In this document: positions 42,211 through 55,781 of the stretch, piece by piece
Layout: every line of letters starts with the position of its first letter
Numbering within the stretch: position 1 is the first letter of the stretch
NCBI GenBank assembly: GCA_964016885.1
Contig: CAXHJY010000154.1
Location: 1-64,000, forward strand
Source of the DNA: Eledone cirrhosa
Lineage: Eukaryota
Reading direction: 5' to 3'
Length of the DNA: 64,000 nucleotides
Translations under genes and position numbers: made by a program
Notes under the pieces: generated by a model
Database searches by the model: none
Seen by the model: only the letters and a program-made list of their open reading frames with translations
Told to the model about the DNA's origin: nothing

Positions 42211-45200
42211 TCTCTATATATATAAAACAGTAGATGTCTGTCTGTCTGTCTGTGTGTGTGTATGATTTTTATGCATTTCCACATTTCTCTACCGATTTTG
42301 ATGATTATTTTCCCAATGTGTTCCAAATTTACCAGGGCAGGTCAACGCGTAATTATTTTTGCCAAAAATGTCCTGCTTCTATGAAAAAAAACTGATAAAA
42401 CTAAATACATGCTGTAACCCTCTTTCTTACACGCTTCATTCCTCTCACTGCTACCATAAAAAATATATGAAACTACATACATGTTGCAACTCTCTTTAAA
42501 AAGTTCATCCTTTCCTCTACTCCACTCTCAATCTCCTCTGCAACTCTCTTTAAAAGGTTCATCACTCTCTCTACTCCCCCCCTCAATCTCCTCTGCAACT
42601 CTCTTTAAAAGGTTACTGCCTCCATCTACTACTCTATCACCATTACAATTTAGAACAAAACTTCTTTTGAAGGAACGCGACACAAACTTTGAAACCTAAG
42701 CAACACAACAACCATAGCTTTACTCTCTCCGTCGCTCTTCCCTCTCTCTACAATAGATTATTCCCCCTCTCTATAATTTAACTGCTTTACTCTCTTCATG
42801 CTTCGAGGTTTAACACTAGCTTCACTCTATCCGTCGCTCTTCTCTCTCTATATAATAGATCATTCCCCCTATTCGTTCGGGAACGCGAAAAAAACTTTGA
42901 TAACTAAGCAACACATCATTTTTATACAACAACAAACAATCATAATGACACTCATACATCAAATATCAAAATTTAAAAAGCCGATAACACTAAATACATA
43001 CTGCACTCTCAACGTTACATTTTACACACATTTTACATCAAATAACAAATATTCAAAAGCAACAGATGAATTTATAAAACAACAAACGTAATAATAACGA
43101 CGCTTAAGCATTTATTTACATGATTCTCAACAAAGACATTATATTTTATTGTTGTCCTTTTTGTAATTTTCTTTCTTTGTTTTTCTCAATATGAGACAAA
43201 AAATTAATGAGAACTTTTTTCATGTGTTTCTATTCAAAGTCGGGACAATTATTGCTTTTGGCTAGGAGAAGGTCATGAAGCAAAAACATTTCAAATCAAT
43301 CAACAATAAGGGCAAAAATCGATCATGATCATTCCCCCTCTCTATAATTTAACTGCTTTACTCTCTCTGTCGCTCTTCACTCTCCCTATATGACAACACT
43401 GCAGAGAGAGAAACACTGTATATGATCAAATGGAGCGTTCCATATATTCCCCCTCTCTATAATTTAACTGCTTTACTCTCTCTGTTCTCTGTCGCTCTTC
43501 ACTCCCTAACACTGCAGTGGAGCGTTCCGTATTGACTTATGGCTTATCTGGGGCATTTTCAATCGACTTATTGCAAATAACAACCCTCAAAATAACACTT
43601 CATATAACAGATTAATGCTATAGACATATGAATTGGAATGTAACCCTTGAACTTTTTCCTGGGCAAAATTATTCGAACAGACATGACCTCATTGCCAAAG
43701 TGTTCAGACTGAAACTGGCTAAACTCATGGCTTTAATAAAAAAGGCCAGGTATTTGGAGCTGTAGAATGTGACATGTTCACCGTCGAATAGCAAAAACGA
43801 GGGCTGCCACATGCTCACATTTTGATTTGGTTAGCTGATAAAATCAATTCAAATGCTATAGACAGCTTCATTTCGGCTGAAATCCCTAACCCAGAAACTG
43901 ACCAGGAATTACATGACATCGTCAAAGGTAACATGATTCATGGTCCGTGTGCGTCGGGTCCTAATGAGCATCACACGTGTCTGAAAGGTGGGGTCGTGGA
44001 GTAAGAGATACCTCAAAAAATTTGTTGACCAGGCTCAGACTGGTGGCGACGGGTACCCTCTGTACAGGTGGAGACGGCTCGAGAACGGTGACTTCACCAC
44101 AACAGTAAGGGGAAGTCAAGCCGACAATAGATAGGTGGTCCCTTACTGCCTGCTTCTCTTGAAGATGTTCAACACCCACATCAACGTTGAGTTTTGCAAC
44201 TCCGTCAAGTCGATAAAATACATATGCAAATATATAAATAAGGGCTCTGATGCCGCAATGTTTGCATTTCAAGCTGAAAATAGCAGGGACGAGGTCACAG
44301 AATACCTGGCGGGGCGGTACATCAGTAGCAATGAAACTTTTTGGCGCCTTTTTGGTGTACCCCTACACCAACATCACCCCGCCATCGTACAGCTTGCGGT
44401 ACATTTGGAAAATGGGCAAAGGGTTTACTTTACGGACCAAACTGCCGCCAAGTTGGCTGCCGATCCGAAAGAGACCACTCTGACGGGTTTCTTCAAACTT
44501 TGCCAGTTTGATACATTTGCGCAAACAATTGTGTACTCCCAGGTTCCATCCTACTTTATATGGTCGAAAAACACTTGGGTGCGAAGAAAGTCAGGTCAGG
44601 CTGCTGAAAGACATCCTGGTGTAAAATTTGACAGCTGTCTTGGAAGGGTTTACACTGTGCCCCCAAGTCAGCATGAGTGCTTTCATCTCCGCCTTCTTCT
44701 GCATGAAGTTGTAGGCCCACAAAGTTTTCAGGACATCAAAACTGTTGATGGAGAAATATGTGATACGTACCGGGAAGCCTGCTTTAAGCGTGATCTTTTG
44801 GAAGATGATTCGCAATGGGATTCCACTTTAGCAGAGGGTGCTTTGTTGAAATCACCTAAAGGTCTACGGGAACTCTTTGCTATTTTGCTTCAAAAGTGTG
44901 AATTGGGTGATCCCAAATCCTTATGGGTCAAGTACAGAGACTTCATGTCTGAGGACTTCCTGCGCCTGGCTCATCTGCAGTATACTTCAGTGAAAGTTGG
45001 TTACAGCGACATTATCTACAACAGGGCACTCATTGATATCGAGGACGCCCTCCTCGACATGGGTGGGAGTGAGTTGGCGACGTATGGCTTGCCGTCAACC
45101 GTCAGAGAGGAAGCTAACACGTTGGCCCCGGATTTGTTGTGGGAAACAGCATATGACATCGAATCTCTTTCCCAATACTTAGAGGAAAATGAGCCCAAAC

Positions 45201-46869
45201 GTCTGTCGGACCAAAGGTTGGCCTATTTAACTATCATTGACGCGGTTCAAAATCAGACTGGGGGTATTTACTTTCTCGATGGTCCTGGGGGTACCGGAAA
45301 AACTTATGTAACGAAATTGATTCTCGCTAAGATTCTTCAGGAGAAAAAAATTGTGTTGGCCGTTGCATCGTCCGGGATCGCTGCTACTTTGCTGCCGAGA
45401 GGCAGGACAGCACATTCAACCATTAAACTCCTCTTGGATTTAGTAAAAACTGAGACACCAAGATGCAATATCAGCAAGAGTTCACACCAAGCTATGGTTC
45501 TCAAAAAATGTTGTCTCATTGTTTGGGATGAGTGCACAATGGCACACAAGGGTGCCCTTGAGGCATTGGACAGAACCCTGAAAGACATTAGGGATTCTAT
45601 GGCTCCTATGGGTGGCATAACCCTTCTGCTATCAGGGGATCTTCGGCAAATGCTGCCTGTCATCCCCAAAGGGACAAGAGCTGATGAAGTGCGTGCCTGC
45701 CTTAAGTCGTCCATGTTGTGGCTCCAGGTGAAGAGTTTGTACCTGAGCACAAATATGCGTCCTCATTTGCATGGTGACAACATATCTGCAGCATTTGCTC
45801 AGAATATTTTAGCACTTGGTGAGGGCAAGGTCCCTGCGGATGACAAGGGCGGCATAGCAATCGACTCCCTGTGCAACATTGTGAGCAGCCCTTCTGACCT
45901 TTGGGAGGCAGTTTTTCCTAATGTCTCATCTAACTTTAAAAACCTCGATTGGCTCAGCGAAAGAGCCATCCTTGCTCCGAAAAATACCATGGTTAATTTT
46001 ATTAATGAGCAGCTGATTGAGAAAATTCCCAGTAAAGAACACATCTTCAAATCTATCGACCGACGTCAGACCCCGACGATATCGTTAATTATCCGGTTGA
46101 GTTATTAAATTCCCTTGAGCCCCCAGGGCTCCCACCTCACATTCTTAAGCTTAGGGTTGGCTGTCCCATTATGCTAATAAAGAACTTGCATCCACCAAAG
46201 CAGTGCAACGGTACTCGCATGGTCGTCAAGTCAATGACGCCCCACTTGATTGAGGCCACATTGTAACGGGATGCGGGAGAGGGGAGAATGTTTTCATTCC
46301 AAGGATGAACCTTTTCCACTCGGCATCAGATATCCCGTTCGATTTCCAGCGATCCCAATTCCCGATGAGACCATGTTTTGCCATGTCCATTAACAAATCA
46401 CAAGGGCAAACATTGTCGGTGGCGGGCATCCATTTGGGGAAGCCATGCTTCTCCCATGGCCAACTTTATGTTGCCTGTTCCCGCGTAGGGAGCAGGAATG
46501 GACTTTTTGCTTACACTCTTCAAGGGATGACACGCAATATCGTCTACAAAGAGGTGCTATAGATGTTGGTGGAGGTGTTGGAGCTATGCCGTCTGGAAAA
46601 CTGGTAGGGTCACCCATAGCGGACAGATCTGACACCCAGCGGCATCAGGGCCACCATCTTGCAACTTTGGTCTACTAAATTCGCTATTGGAAGATTATTA
46701 ACCCATCATTGATTGTCCAAAATGCTAATTGGTTCGTAACTATTAATAACCAGTTCAACTGCTTTATGCACTTAATTGATAAGCTTATGCGCTTTCAAGC
46801 TACGTTTACCTGTTTGTAACTTTTCATAGCAAATGAACAAACCCGAGCAACGCCGGGCTAAACTGCTAG
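42211..46869 (+). mobile_element. Helitron with intact termini and decayed Rep-Helicase
   Basis: Starts TC (tctctatatatataaaa) after A; ends with hairpin cccgagcaacgccggg and CTAG before T, consistent with an A|T insertion site; internal Rep and PIF1 motifs. Confidence 0.9.
43630..46562 (+). pseudogene. Helitron RepHel (HUH Rep plus PIF1-like helicase), frameshifted
   Basis: VE*QKRGLPHAHILIW (about 43783-43830), MIHGPC, KYICKYINKG, DGPGGTGKT, GRTAHS, WDEC, GDLRQMLPV, SINKSQGQT, HGQLYVACSR. Confidence 0.92.
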
Positions 46870-47299
46870 TGCTATATATATGTATTTAAAGTATTTAGGG
46901 AGTTGTTAGTTGACTTGGGCAATGACATGTTGGATGCTATAAACTCAGTTAAAGCATCATAATGTTGTTGATTTTTTAAAATAGGGAGTGTTAAACATCC
47001 TATGCTAACTAGGTCAATTTTAATTTCTAAGCAGTAGGCGTTTTAAGGCCTTTTTTCCTTCTTGAGACAGAGCTAGCTTTGCAGGTCCTGTGAAATGCTT
47101 TATGCTCATCATGGTGTCCTTTTTGAAGCAATGTTTTATGGCTGGATCCTCTTCCTGATACCAACACTTTTAGTTGCCTTTTACGGCACACAGGGGTATA
47201 GTGTACCTATTCTACACCAGATACACATCATAATTTCTGACCTAACTATAATAATATTTTAGCATGTTAAACATAATAGAAATTAGGAAATTAATATAC

Positions 47300-48350
47300 T
47301 TTTGAAAAGGCATATGACCACATTCCACGGAGCCTGTTGTGGAAGGTTCTGTAGGAGTATGGTCAGCTTCTTGCTGCCCTGATGTCTCTATACAAATGCC
47401 CGAGTATTTGTGTTTGGATAAATGCCTGAGTTTTTGTGTTCAGATAAATTGCACTAAATCGAAACCATTCAATGTGGGAGTCAGACTCTGCCAAGGGTGC
47501 ATACTGTCACCTCTCCTGTTCATTATTTACATGAACAACTGGGTTGGAAGTGGTTATCATGACTGGCAAGTGTAGAATCAGTTAACCGGAATTTGCAGAT
47601 GACATGATATTACTTAATCTGACAGAAGACGCTCTCCAACTTGCACTTTATAGGTTTGGTGCCGAGTGCTGCATGGCTGGAATGCAGCATTCGGCACCAA
47701 AACTGAGACACTTGTCCTCTCAAGGAAGCCAGCACAGTGCCTTCTACATGTGAATGGAGTTTCACTGAAGCAGGTACAGAAGTTCAAGTGTCTCAGGGCT
47801 GTGTTCACAAGTGATGGACATCAGGAGGCAGAATTAAGTGCAAGAATTGCAGGAGCTAGTGCAGTAATGTGCCAGCTTCAGCATTCTGTAATCAGAAGAA
47901 GAGAGGTAGGTGTAAAAGCCAAACTCGCTATCTTCAATTCAGTATTGTGCCAACCCTTACCTACGGTCATGAATCTTGGGTAATGACTAAAAGAACACGA
48001 TTGTGAATACAAACGGCTGAAATCCTCTGATGGGTCTTTGGATTAACGTTACTCAATAGAGTGTGCAGCTCGGAGATCAGAGAGTCATTTAAGTAGAGCT
48101 GCTACTTCTCTGAATTGAGAGATACCAGCTCTGGACATGTGGTTAGAATATCTCAGGAAAGAAATGCTGGACAGATTTTACGGGCAAAACCAAGTGGCAG
48201 GAAACCCAGGAGTAGACCTCGAGCGAGATGGTTGGATAACATCCATGAGCTTGGCTGGTTTTGCTTAGGTATCCAGCCGAATCAGTTGGAAACATTGGAA
48301 ACAGTTGCTTCTGACAGGACCTGCTGGAAGGAGTGTTTGAGGACTCACAC
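47300..48350 (+). mobile_element. Old RTE-clade LINE fragment from a third family
   Basis: Broken frames containing QGCILSPLLFIIYM, FADD, KTETLVLSRK and GRKPRSRPRARWLD. Confidence 0.75.
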
Positions 48351-48395
48351 AACTTTCTCAGGAATAAGTTAACAAAGAAGAACATTATACTTTAT

Positions 48396-48696
48396 TTAGA
48401 ACAAAATACCAATTCGCCACCTTATAGAGAGGTTATAAAGTATAATTGTTTCTAATTTAGGCACAAGGCCAGCAATTACCCAGTGCATTACTGGTACTTT
48501 ATTTTATCGACCCTGTAAGGATGAAAGGCAAAGTCAACTTCAAATCCCGCCGAAGTTGACTTTGCTTTCATCCTTACGGGGTCGATAAAATAAAGTACCA
48601 GTAATGCACTGGGTAATTGCTGGCCTTGTGCCTAAAGTAGAAACAATTATACTTTATAACCTCTCTATAAGGTGGCGAATTGGTATTTTGTTCTAA
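48396..48696. repeat. Fold-back inverted repeat with arms of about 145 bp
   Basis: ttagaacaaaataccaattcgccacc...aaagtcaacttc and gaagttgacttt...ggtggcgaattggtattttgttctaa, separated by about 10 nt. Confidence 0.92.
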
Positions 48697-49558
48697 TTTC
48701 CTGCCTTCTGAGTTCAATCCCAGCTGAAGTCAACATTGCCTTTTATCCTAATGGGATTGATAAATATAGTACCAGTCACATACTGAGGTCAATTTTTCAC
48801 TCTCTGTCTGTGTCTCTTTAACTTTCTCTCTTTCTCTTAATTGGCTATATTGTGCTGTGAGAATTGACGTGGGAGACCACTCTCAGTATCCCTTTCTACA
48901 GAAATGGAAAAGGTTTGAGCAAGGGGTTAGCAACCTCTTCACATAGAAAAAAACTTATATGCTACTGAAACTGCCCAAGGACATACCAACCCATGCCACC
49001 ATATAAAAAACGATAAAAAAAGTCCTCTGTATTCTTATTCCATTGTAGAAGTATGGCATTAATAATATTTTTTTCTTTTATGAATTTTGACTTCTATCAA
49101 TTTAGGTTAACATCATTTACAAGTCATTGGTTGACGAAATGGTTTATCTACTTTTCTCATAAACTTACTCTTTCTCACCACCGTCACTGCCACCACCATC
49201 ATCATCATCATTGTGCTACTCTTTTTTTATATTACTCTGCGTGAGCCAAGTCTATAAATCAGCACCCTTCCATCTATTTTAGCTTTATGCCATCAGTCTG
49301 TAAGTTGCATGTTTTTTGGTATGCTCATACAGTTTCATCTTTGGACTCACTCAATCTTACTCTCCCCCTCTCTCCGACGCAAGTATCTTCTTCTGTTAAT
49401 TCATCATACATTACCATCCGTTCTATATCTTCCATCTGCATTATCTGACCCTTTAACTTAAGACATTTCTCCTGTATTCATTAATTACTTCCATGTGAGA
49501 AGCATTATTTATGCTGGCAGTTGACTCCAATCACTTTAGACTTTGCAAATATATTTTC

Positions 49559-49590
<32 letters not shown>

Positions 49591-51199
49591 ACACCATGCT
49601 GGCTTGGCTTAGGTGGGTCATTGTGGTCTGAGACTAGACATGTTGGAGAACCACATTTTGCTCATACCTTCCATATTTTGGTATGTTTTTTTTTTTGGCT
49701 GGATGCCTTTCTTAATGCCAACCACTTTGTAGAATTTACTGGGTGCATTTTATTGTGGCACCAACATTACCACTTGTCAAAAACTCAAGGTACATAGGCA
49801 ACACTTCAGAATATTACTGTTGTAACAACTCCTAAATTCATAACATTTAATCCAAACAAACAAAACAGCCATATAAAGTTGGTTGTTTCACTAGGATTAA
49901 AGTTTGTGCTAGAGTGATAATTTCTTCCAATAAATCAAGAGTTGTGCACTAACTCAATCTGGCCTCAGCTATAGTCATAACCATTCAAATCTGGACAGCA
50001 AAATAGAAGCAACATTTTGGACGATAGATATAATCTGATTCTTGGGTGCCTTTAATAGAGTTCACTCCATTGCAAGGAATCATGTTTGAGGATAACTTCC
50101 CTCTTTTTTTCCCCACTAGTATTTGAGGCCTTGCTTCCTGAAAAACAATAAGAAATATACAGTTCACATTTATGTAGGTTTAGCTGGCCTCTATCATTAA
50201 AACACTCAAGAAATCTCCTTATTTTTAGCTATCCTGCCAAGGTCATGCCTTTCATCCTTTTGAGGCTGATAAAATAAAATACAAGTCAAATATTCGAGTT
50301 GATATAATAAACTTTCTCATCATCTCAAAATTGCTGGCCTTGTGCCTAAATTAGGAACCATTATTTTATTTTTTGCAAAAAATGGCTCTTCAGATTTAAA
50401 AAATTCTCTACATGTGAATTAGTTTTACATATTGCAGCACACACCATCACACACCTCTCTTTACAATTCTATCCCAGCACAGATATCTCTACACTAATAA
50501 TTCTTGTGTGATACTTTTCTTTATATCTGATAATAGGTTAAAAAAATATGGTATTCAATATTTGGAGTGTCTTATACTTATAAAGTATTAAAAATAATGT
50601 GTCAACCAGAGATATTGAATTTTCATTTAAAACTAGTTATTTAGTGCTGATGCCACAACAAAATGGATCTAGTACTATGATAAAATGCATTCAGTCATCT
50701 CAGTAAAGTGGTAGTGTTGGTGTCACGAAAAACGAACCTTGTGTACCCTTTAAGGTAGTTGGTGTTAGGAAGGGCAACCCACTGTAGAAATCATGACAAA
50801 TATAGAAGGTAACAAGCAAGATTGGTCACTCTAACCCTTCTGATCTTTGATGGTGACAACCTGTCCAACCCATGCCATGGAAAGTGGACTTAAAAAAGTT
50901 TTGTTTTAATTCATGCAAGCATAGCAAAAGCAGATGTAAAAATGATGAAATCACATTTTAATGATAAAACAATTGTATTAAATCAATCTGGTTGTACAGT
51001 GTTGTGGGACAGGAAATTTAACTGTCATTGGCGTCCACATTTAAAAAAAAAATTTTTTTGGCAATAGAAAGTTAGTTATAAAAGTTACATAGTTATCCTA
51101 AATGTTATATACTGTATTTCCTGGGGTATAGGATGTACTTTTTCAGCTAAAAATTGGTCCAAATCTGCCTCCATCTTATACACTGAAGATATGAATATA

Positions 51200-51500
51200 A
51201 TAATTGTTTCTACTTTTGGCACAAGGCCAGCAATTATCCCAGTGTATTACTGGTACTTTATTTTATCGACCCCTTAAGGATGAAAGGCAAAGTTAACCTC
51301 GGCGGGTTTTGAACTCAGTCCGTAAAGGGACGTAACTGTGCTGCAAAGCATGGTGTCCGACCCTCTACCGATACTGCCAATCCACCGCCATTAATAATAA
51401 TAATAATAATAATGGTTTCTGATATAGGCACAAGGTCAACAATTTGAGGGAAGTCGCAAGTCGATTATGTCAACCTCAGTATTTAACTGCCACTGGAAAT
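51200..51500 (-). mobile_element. SINE copies of the 35860 family (more at 54720-54815 on + and 54910-55205 on -)
   Basis: Same core and (AAT)n tails. Confidence 0.8.
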
Positions 51501-52778
51501 ACCCACTGACTATAAGGTTTGTGACAAAGAATTGAAGAAGGTTGAAAAATACAGGCATGGGAAATAAAACATTTGTGGGCATTGAAAAAGGTTGATGTGA
51601 CCGAGCTGTTGATGGGGCTTTTGGTACTGTGAGCACCAGAATTGAAAGCTATTAAAAAAAATTGGGACCTATATCAGTGTGGGGCCCTTACAGAAAACAA
51701 CACTCTTTAGAATCAGTCCACTGGTTATGGACAGCTGGCAGTATTATATCACCAGCAACAAATGCTGTGTAACAAGCCAATGATAATTTTTTCTGATATC
51801 AGCACAAGGCCAGCAATTTGGGGGAAGGAAAAAGTTGATTATATCAACCTCAGTATTTAACTGGCACTGGAGAGGGATAGGTGCTTCCAGGCTTAAAATG
51901 CCCAGTGTCACAATGGCTCCTTCATGACTCCATTATGAGTTATAAGAACAATGACAGGACTAATACTTTGTGTTAGAAATTTGGTAGATGGGAACTCAGT
52001 GCAAGCCCATTGTGTGTGTTTGTATATGTCTTCACCTCCAAAATTGACAATTTTCTTCTAAAAAAAAATAACTATATTATTTCCAAATTCATAAAAAATA
52101 AAACAAATATAAATGAATTATAGGCAGTAGACAAAGATTTTGCAGGTTTTGAAGTTAACTAAATAAACATTTTTGTGTATCAAGACATTTTTTTTTTCAA
52201 TGTTTTGAACTCATTTATGTCTGGTACCATACTCTTTTTTTTAAGTATCTGGCTGAATTGTTTTTCTATAAAAATATTTAATAACTTTTTCTTCAAAAGG
52301 TGCTTTTTATACCTTGAAAAATACAATATTTATTATGAAAAAGTTTAAATATTTATCAAAAAAGTTATATTAGTTAATATAATAAAAAAAAAGTTAATAT
52401 AATTGTTATCAAAAATCTTATATGTTTATTTTCAAAAAAGTTACATATTTATTATTAAAAACCTATATAGCTACTATCAAAAAGGTTATGAAAAAAGTTA
52501 CATATAGTTATTATCAAAAAATTTATACAGTTTATCATCAAGAGTTATAATAATTATTAAAAAATACTTACCATATATATTTGTTTCCCAACTCCATTAT
52601 GTAATGATTTTTTTTTAACAGATTTTTGACTGTTTTGAAGGCTATATTCATTCAAAACATCAAAAACAATAGAAAATATGAATTTCACATAGGAAGTGAA
52701 ACCGATATAATACTCAACTCCAAAGAAATTTGAAGTTAATGAAAATTGGCAAAATATTGACCTCGAATATTTACCATC

Positions 52779-52812
<34 letters not shown>

Positions 52813-54580
52813 GTCACATATTTCTCAGCTTTTAAACAAGTATATATAGTATATAGTTATTATCAAAAAGGTTGTATAGCTAATATAAAAGGATATATGT
52901 ATTTTCAAAAGGTCATATATTTACTATGTTTATTATATTTTTCTGGCAATATTAGGACAACATGACCCTCCCTAAATATAATAATATATTTATTATCAAA
53001 AACGTGATATAATATAAGTTAATATAATAAAAGTTATATATGAATTATAATGAAAATTATATATAGTTATCATATTTCCCTCTTAAATATTTGACCTAGT
53101 TTAATTTTGTTTACCAGCATCAAGTTTCTGAAAGAACTTAAAAATAATGGTAATTTATTTACGAATTTTGAATAGATATTTAAATTCAATTATATAGAAA
53201 ACAATTTCAGTTATTTCTAGTATTGATTTCAAATTTTTTTTATTAAGTCTTGCTTTGTCAAATTCACAAAAACACAGCTTCATAAGTGTTTTAGGAATCA
53301 AGTTGTTCTACATTTCATTTATAAATTTACATATTTATTTTCAGTATTTGATTGTGAAAGGGAATATAGCAGTTCCACAGTTCAGTGTTTCTCAAAGTGG
53401 GTTTCAAGGAAACCCTAGGGTGTCATGAGATAAAGTTATAAAGTATAATGTTTTAATGAGAATTTATGTTTTTTTCATTAGACATCAACCATGCTGAAGC
53501 GCTGCCATAACTTATTCGATCATATCAATCATAGTGATTATTTTTTCAGCTAAGTTACAGAACATAAAGACAGACATAAATGTAAAAACAGACAGACACA
53601 CACAAACACACAGAGACAGAGAGAGGTACACTGCAGTGCAAATTTGTGAATCACTGATTAATTGACCTTACCTTATCTGTTGAAACCAATTAATCGACCA
53701 CCGATTATCTATAATATAATTATGTATTGTGATATGAAAATGTTTATAAAATTTAATTGTACTTAATCACAATTATGGAGTTACTATTTGAGAGCACACC
53801 CTAACAAAATTAACCCGGATTTACTGTAGTTTCTCCTTGTTACAATTGAACTGTCATTCACAGACCTGCTATCCTCTAAAAACCCAAACGGGGACTTCCA
53901 TGAAAAAAAGTGCCCCAAAACGGGGAGAAATGAGGCAAAATAGGGAGATTTTACATAATGAAAGCTATACCCATTTTCACAAGAGAAGACATCTCTCACC
54001 CACCCCAAAGTGGGTGGGAGATTTCCCTGTCAGATGGGAGAGTTGACAGGTCTGCATTCAACAGTACCACACTTCAGACATATATCTCACATTCTGTACC
54101 TACACATAAGTTCCTGTTTTATTTAATCATTCTGTGACCATAACACCAATATGTGTAATCTTAATAGTTATATTGACATAAAGCAAAGAGTAAAAAAAAA
54201 TTACAAATAACTAAACATGCATAGAAGGCAACACTTAGCATGGTTATTAACATATTTGTTGTTGGATATCTAAACTTAGCTTGTTCATTCTACGGTAGTC
54301 ACGAATCATGGCATTGTGGCTTGTGATAAAGCTGATTGATACACTGGATTCACTTAAGCTGGATCCCCAAGAGTGGTGCAATTCCTAGCCTGATCACTAA
54401 GGAAGCTGTTGATTGGCTGTGATTTTTTGAAGGAAAGTGGGCACACTGTTTTTGAGAACCATTAAATATACATGTAATTGGAATCTTTAAGATTTTAAAA
54501 TGAATTAAACACATACCATCTCAGGTGGTTTGGAGGGTCTTTTTTCTATTTCAAGACCCTTTAACACACTAGGAGTTATA

Positions 54581-54611
<31 letters not shown>

Positions 54612-55343
54612 AACACTCTCTCCTGGGTAGTCCCTAATAATTTCCACTTGTGAATATCAATGTGTCCAAGCAATAGGAACAGAGTTATATTTTACTGGTG
54701 GGCTTATATTATTTCTTATAACTTTGCCTTTCATCCTTACGGGGTCGATAAAATAAAGTACCAGTAATGTACTGGGTAATTGCTGGCCTTGTGCCAAAGG
54801 TAGAAACAATTATTTCTTAGGACACAATCTATGTTACATATTTCTACATGTTGAATCCAGTGTATTTTCTGAATTTCTCTCTCATCCTTGCCAGCATACA
54901 TGCCTATCAATAATAATAATAATTGTTTCTACTTTAGGCACAAGGCCAGCAAATACCCAGTACATTACTGGTACTTTATTTTATCGACCCTGTAAGGATG
55001 AAAGGCAAAGTTAGCCTCAGCGGGATTTGAACTCAAGCCGTAAAGGGACGTAACTATGCTAGAAAGCATGGCGTCCAACCCTCTACCGATACCGCCAATA
55101 ATTTAGACACAAGGTCAATAATTTGTGGGGAGGGGAAATTTTATAACATCGATTCCAGTATGTGACTGGTACTTATTTTATTGACCCTAGAAGGATAAAG
55201 GCAAAAATAATAAACAGTAATGGCCGATTAAAAACCAATTAATGTAGAAAAGAAGCTGATATCAATTAATTGGCAAAATGGATGCTATAGCCAATACTGA
55301 TTACCTGCTGATTAATAAGTGTAACCCTAATAGATATATATAT

Positions 55344-55562
55344 ATCATCATCATCATCATCATCATTTTACGTCCGCTTTTCCCTGCTTGCAAGGGTGGG
55401 ATGGGAACTGATTCTGGCTTGATTTCTACAGCTGGATGCCCTTCCTAACACCAACCTCATTTACAGTGAGTGCTGGGTGCTTTCTGTGGCGCCTACACAT
55501 CCACTTTACAGTGTCGGCTGGGTGCTTTTTTGCCGTGGCACCTCCACAACCACTTTGCAGTG
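55344..55562 (-). mobile_element. Short non-autonomous bipartite RTE derivative
   Basis: 55344-55401 matches the family B 3' end (ttttacgtccgcttttccctgcttgcaagggtggga, 58021-58056); 55432-55500 resembles the family B 5' UTR (61145-61210). Confidence 0.7.
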
Positions 55563-55740
55563 GATTGATAGCCTTATGTACAGTTTATTATAATAAATTA
55601 CCGTATTTTGAGCTGTTTTAACTGCTCTACCTACTTATTTCCAGTTTGTATATTTAAAAACGAAATTATATATATATATATAGTTATAACTAAAAAGCTC
55701 TGTAGTCTACATAGAGCACTCTCCTTTCCTACGGAAACAC

Positions 55741-55777
<37 letters not shown>

Positions 55778-55781
<4 letters not shown>

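Noticed and set aside
49985-50167. Minus-strand exon candidate (tttttcag acceptor)
   Set aside because: All frames close quickly and show no recognisable motif.
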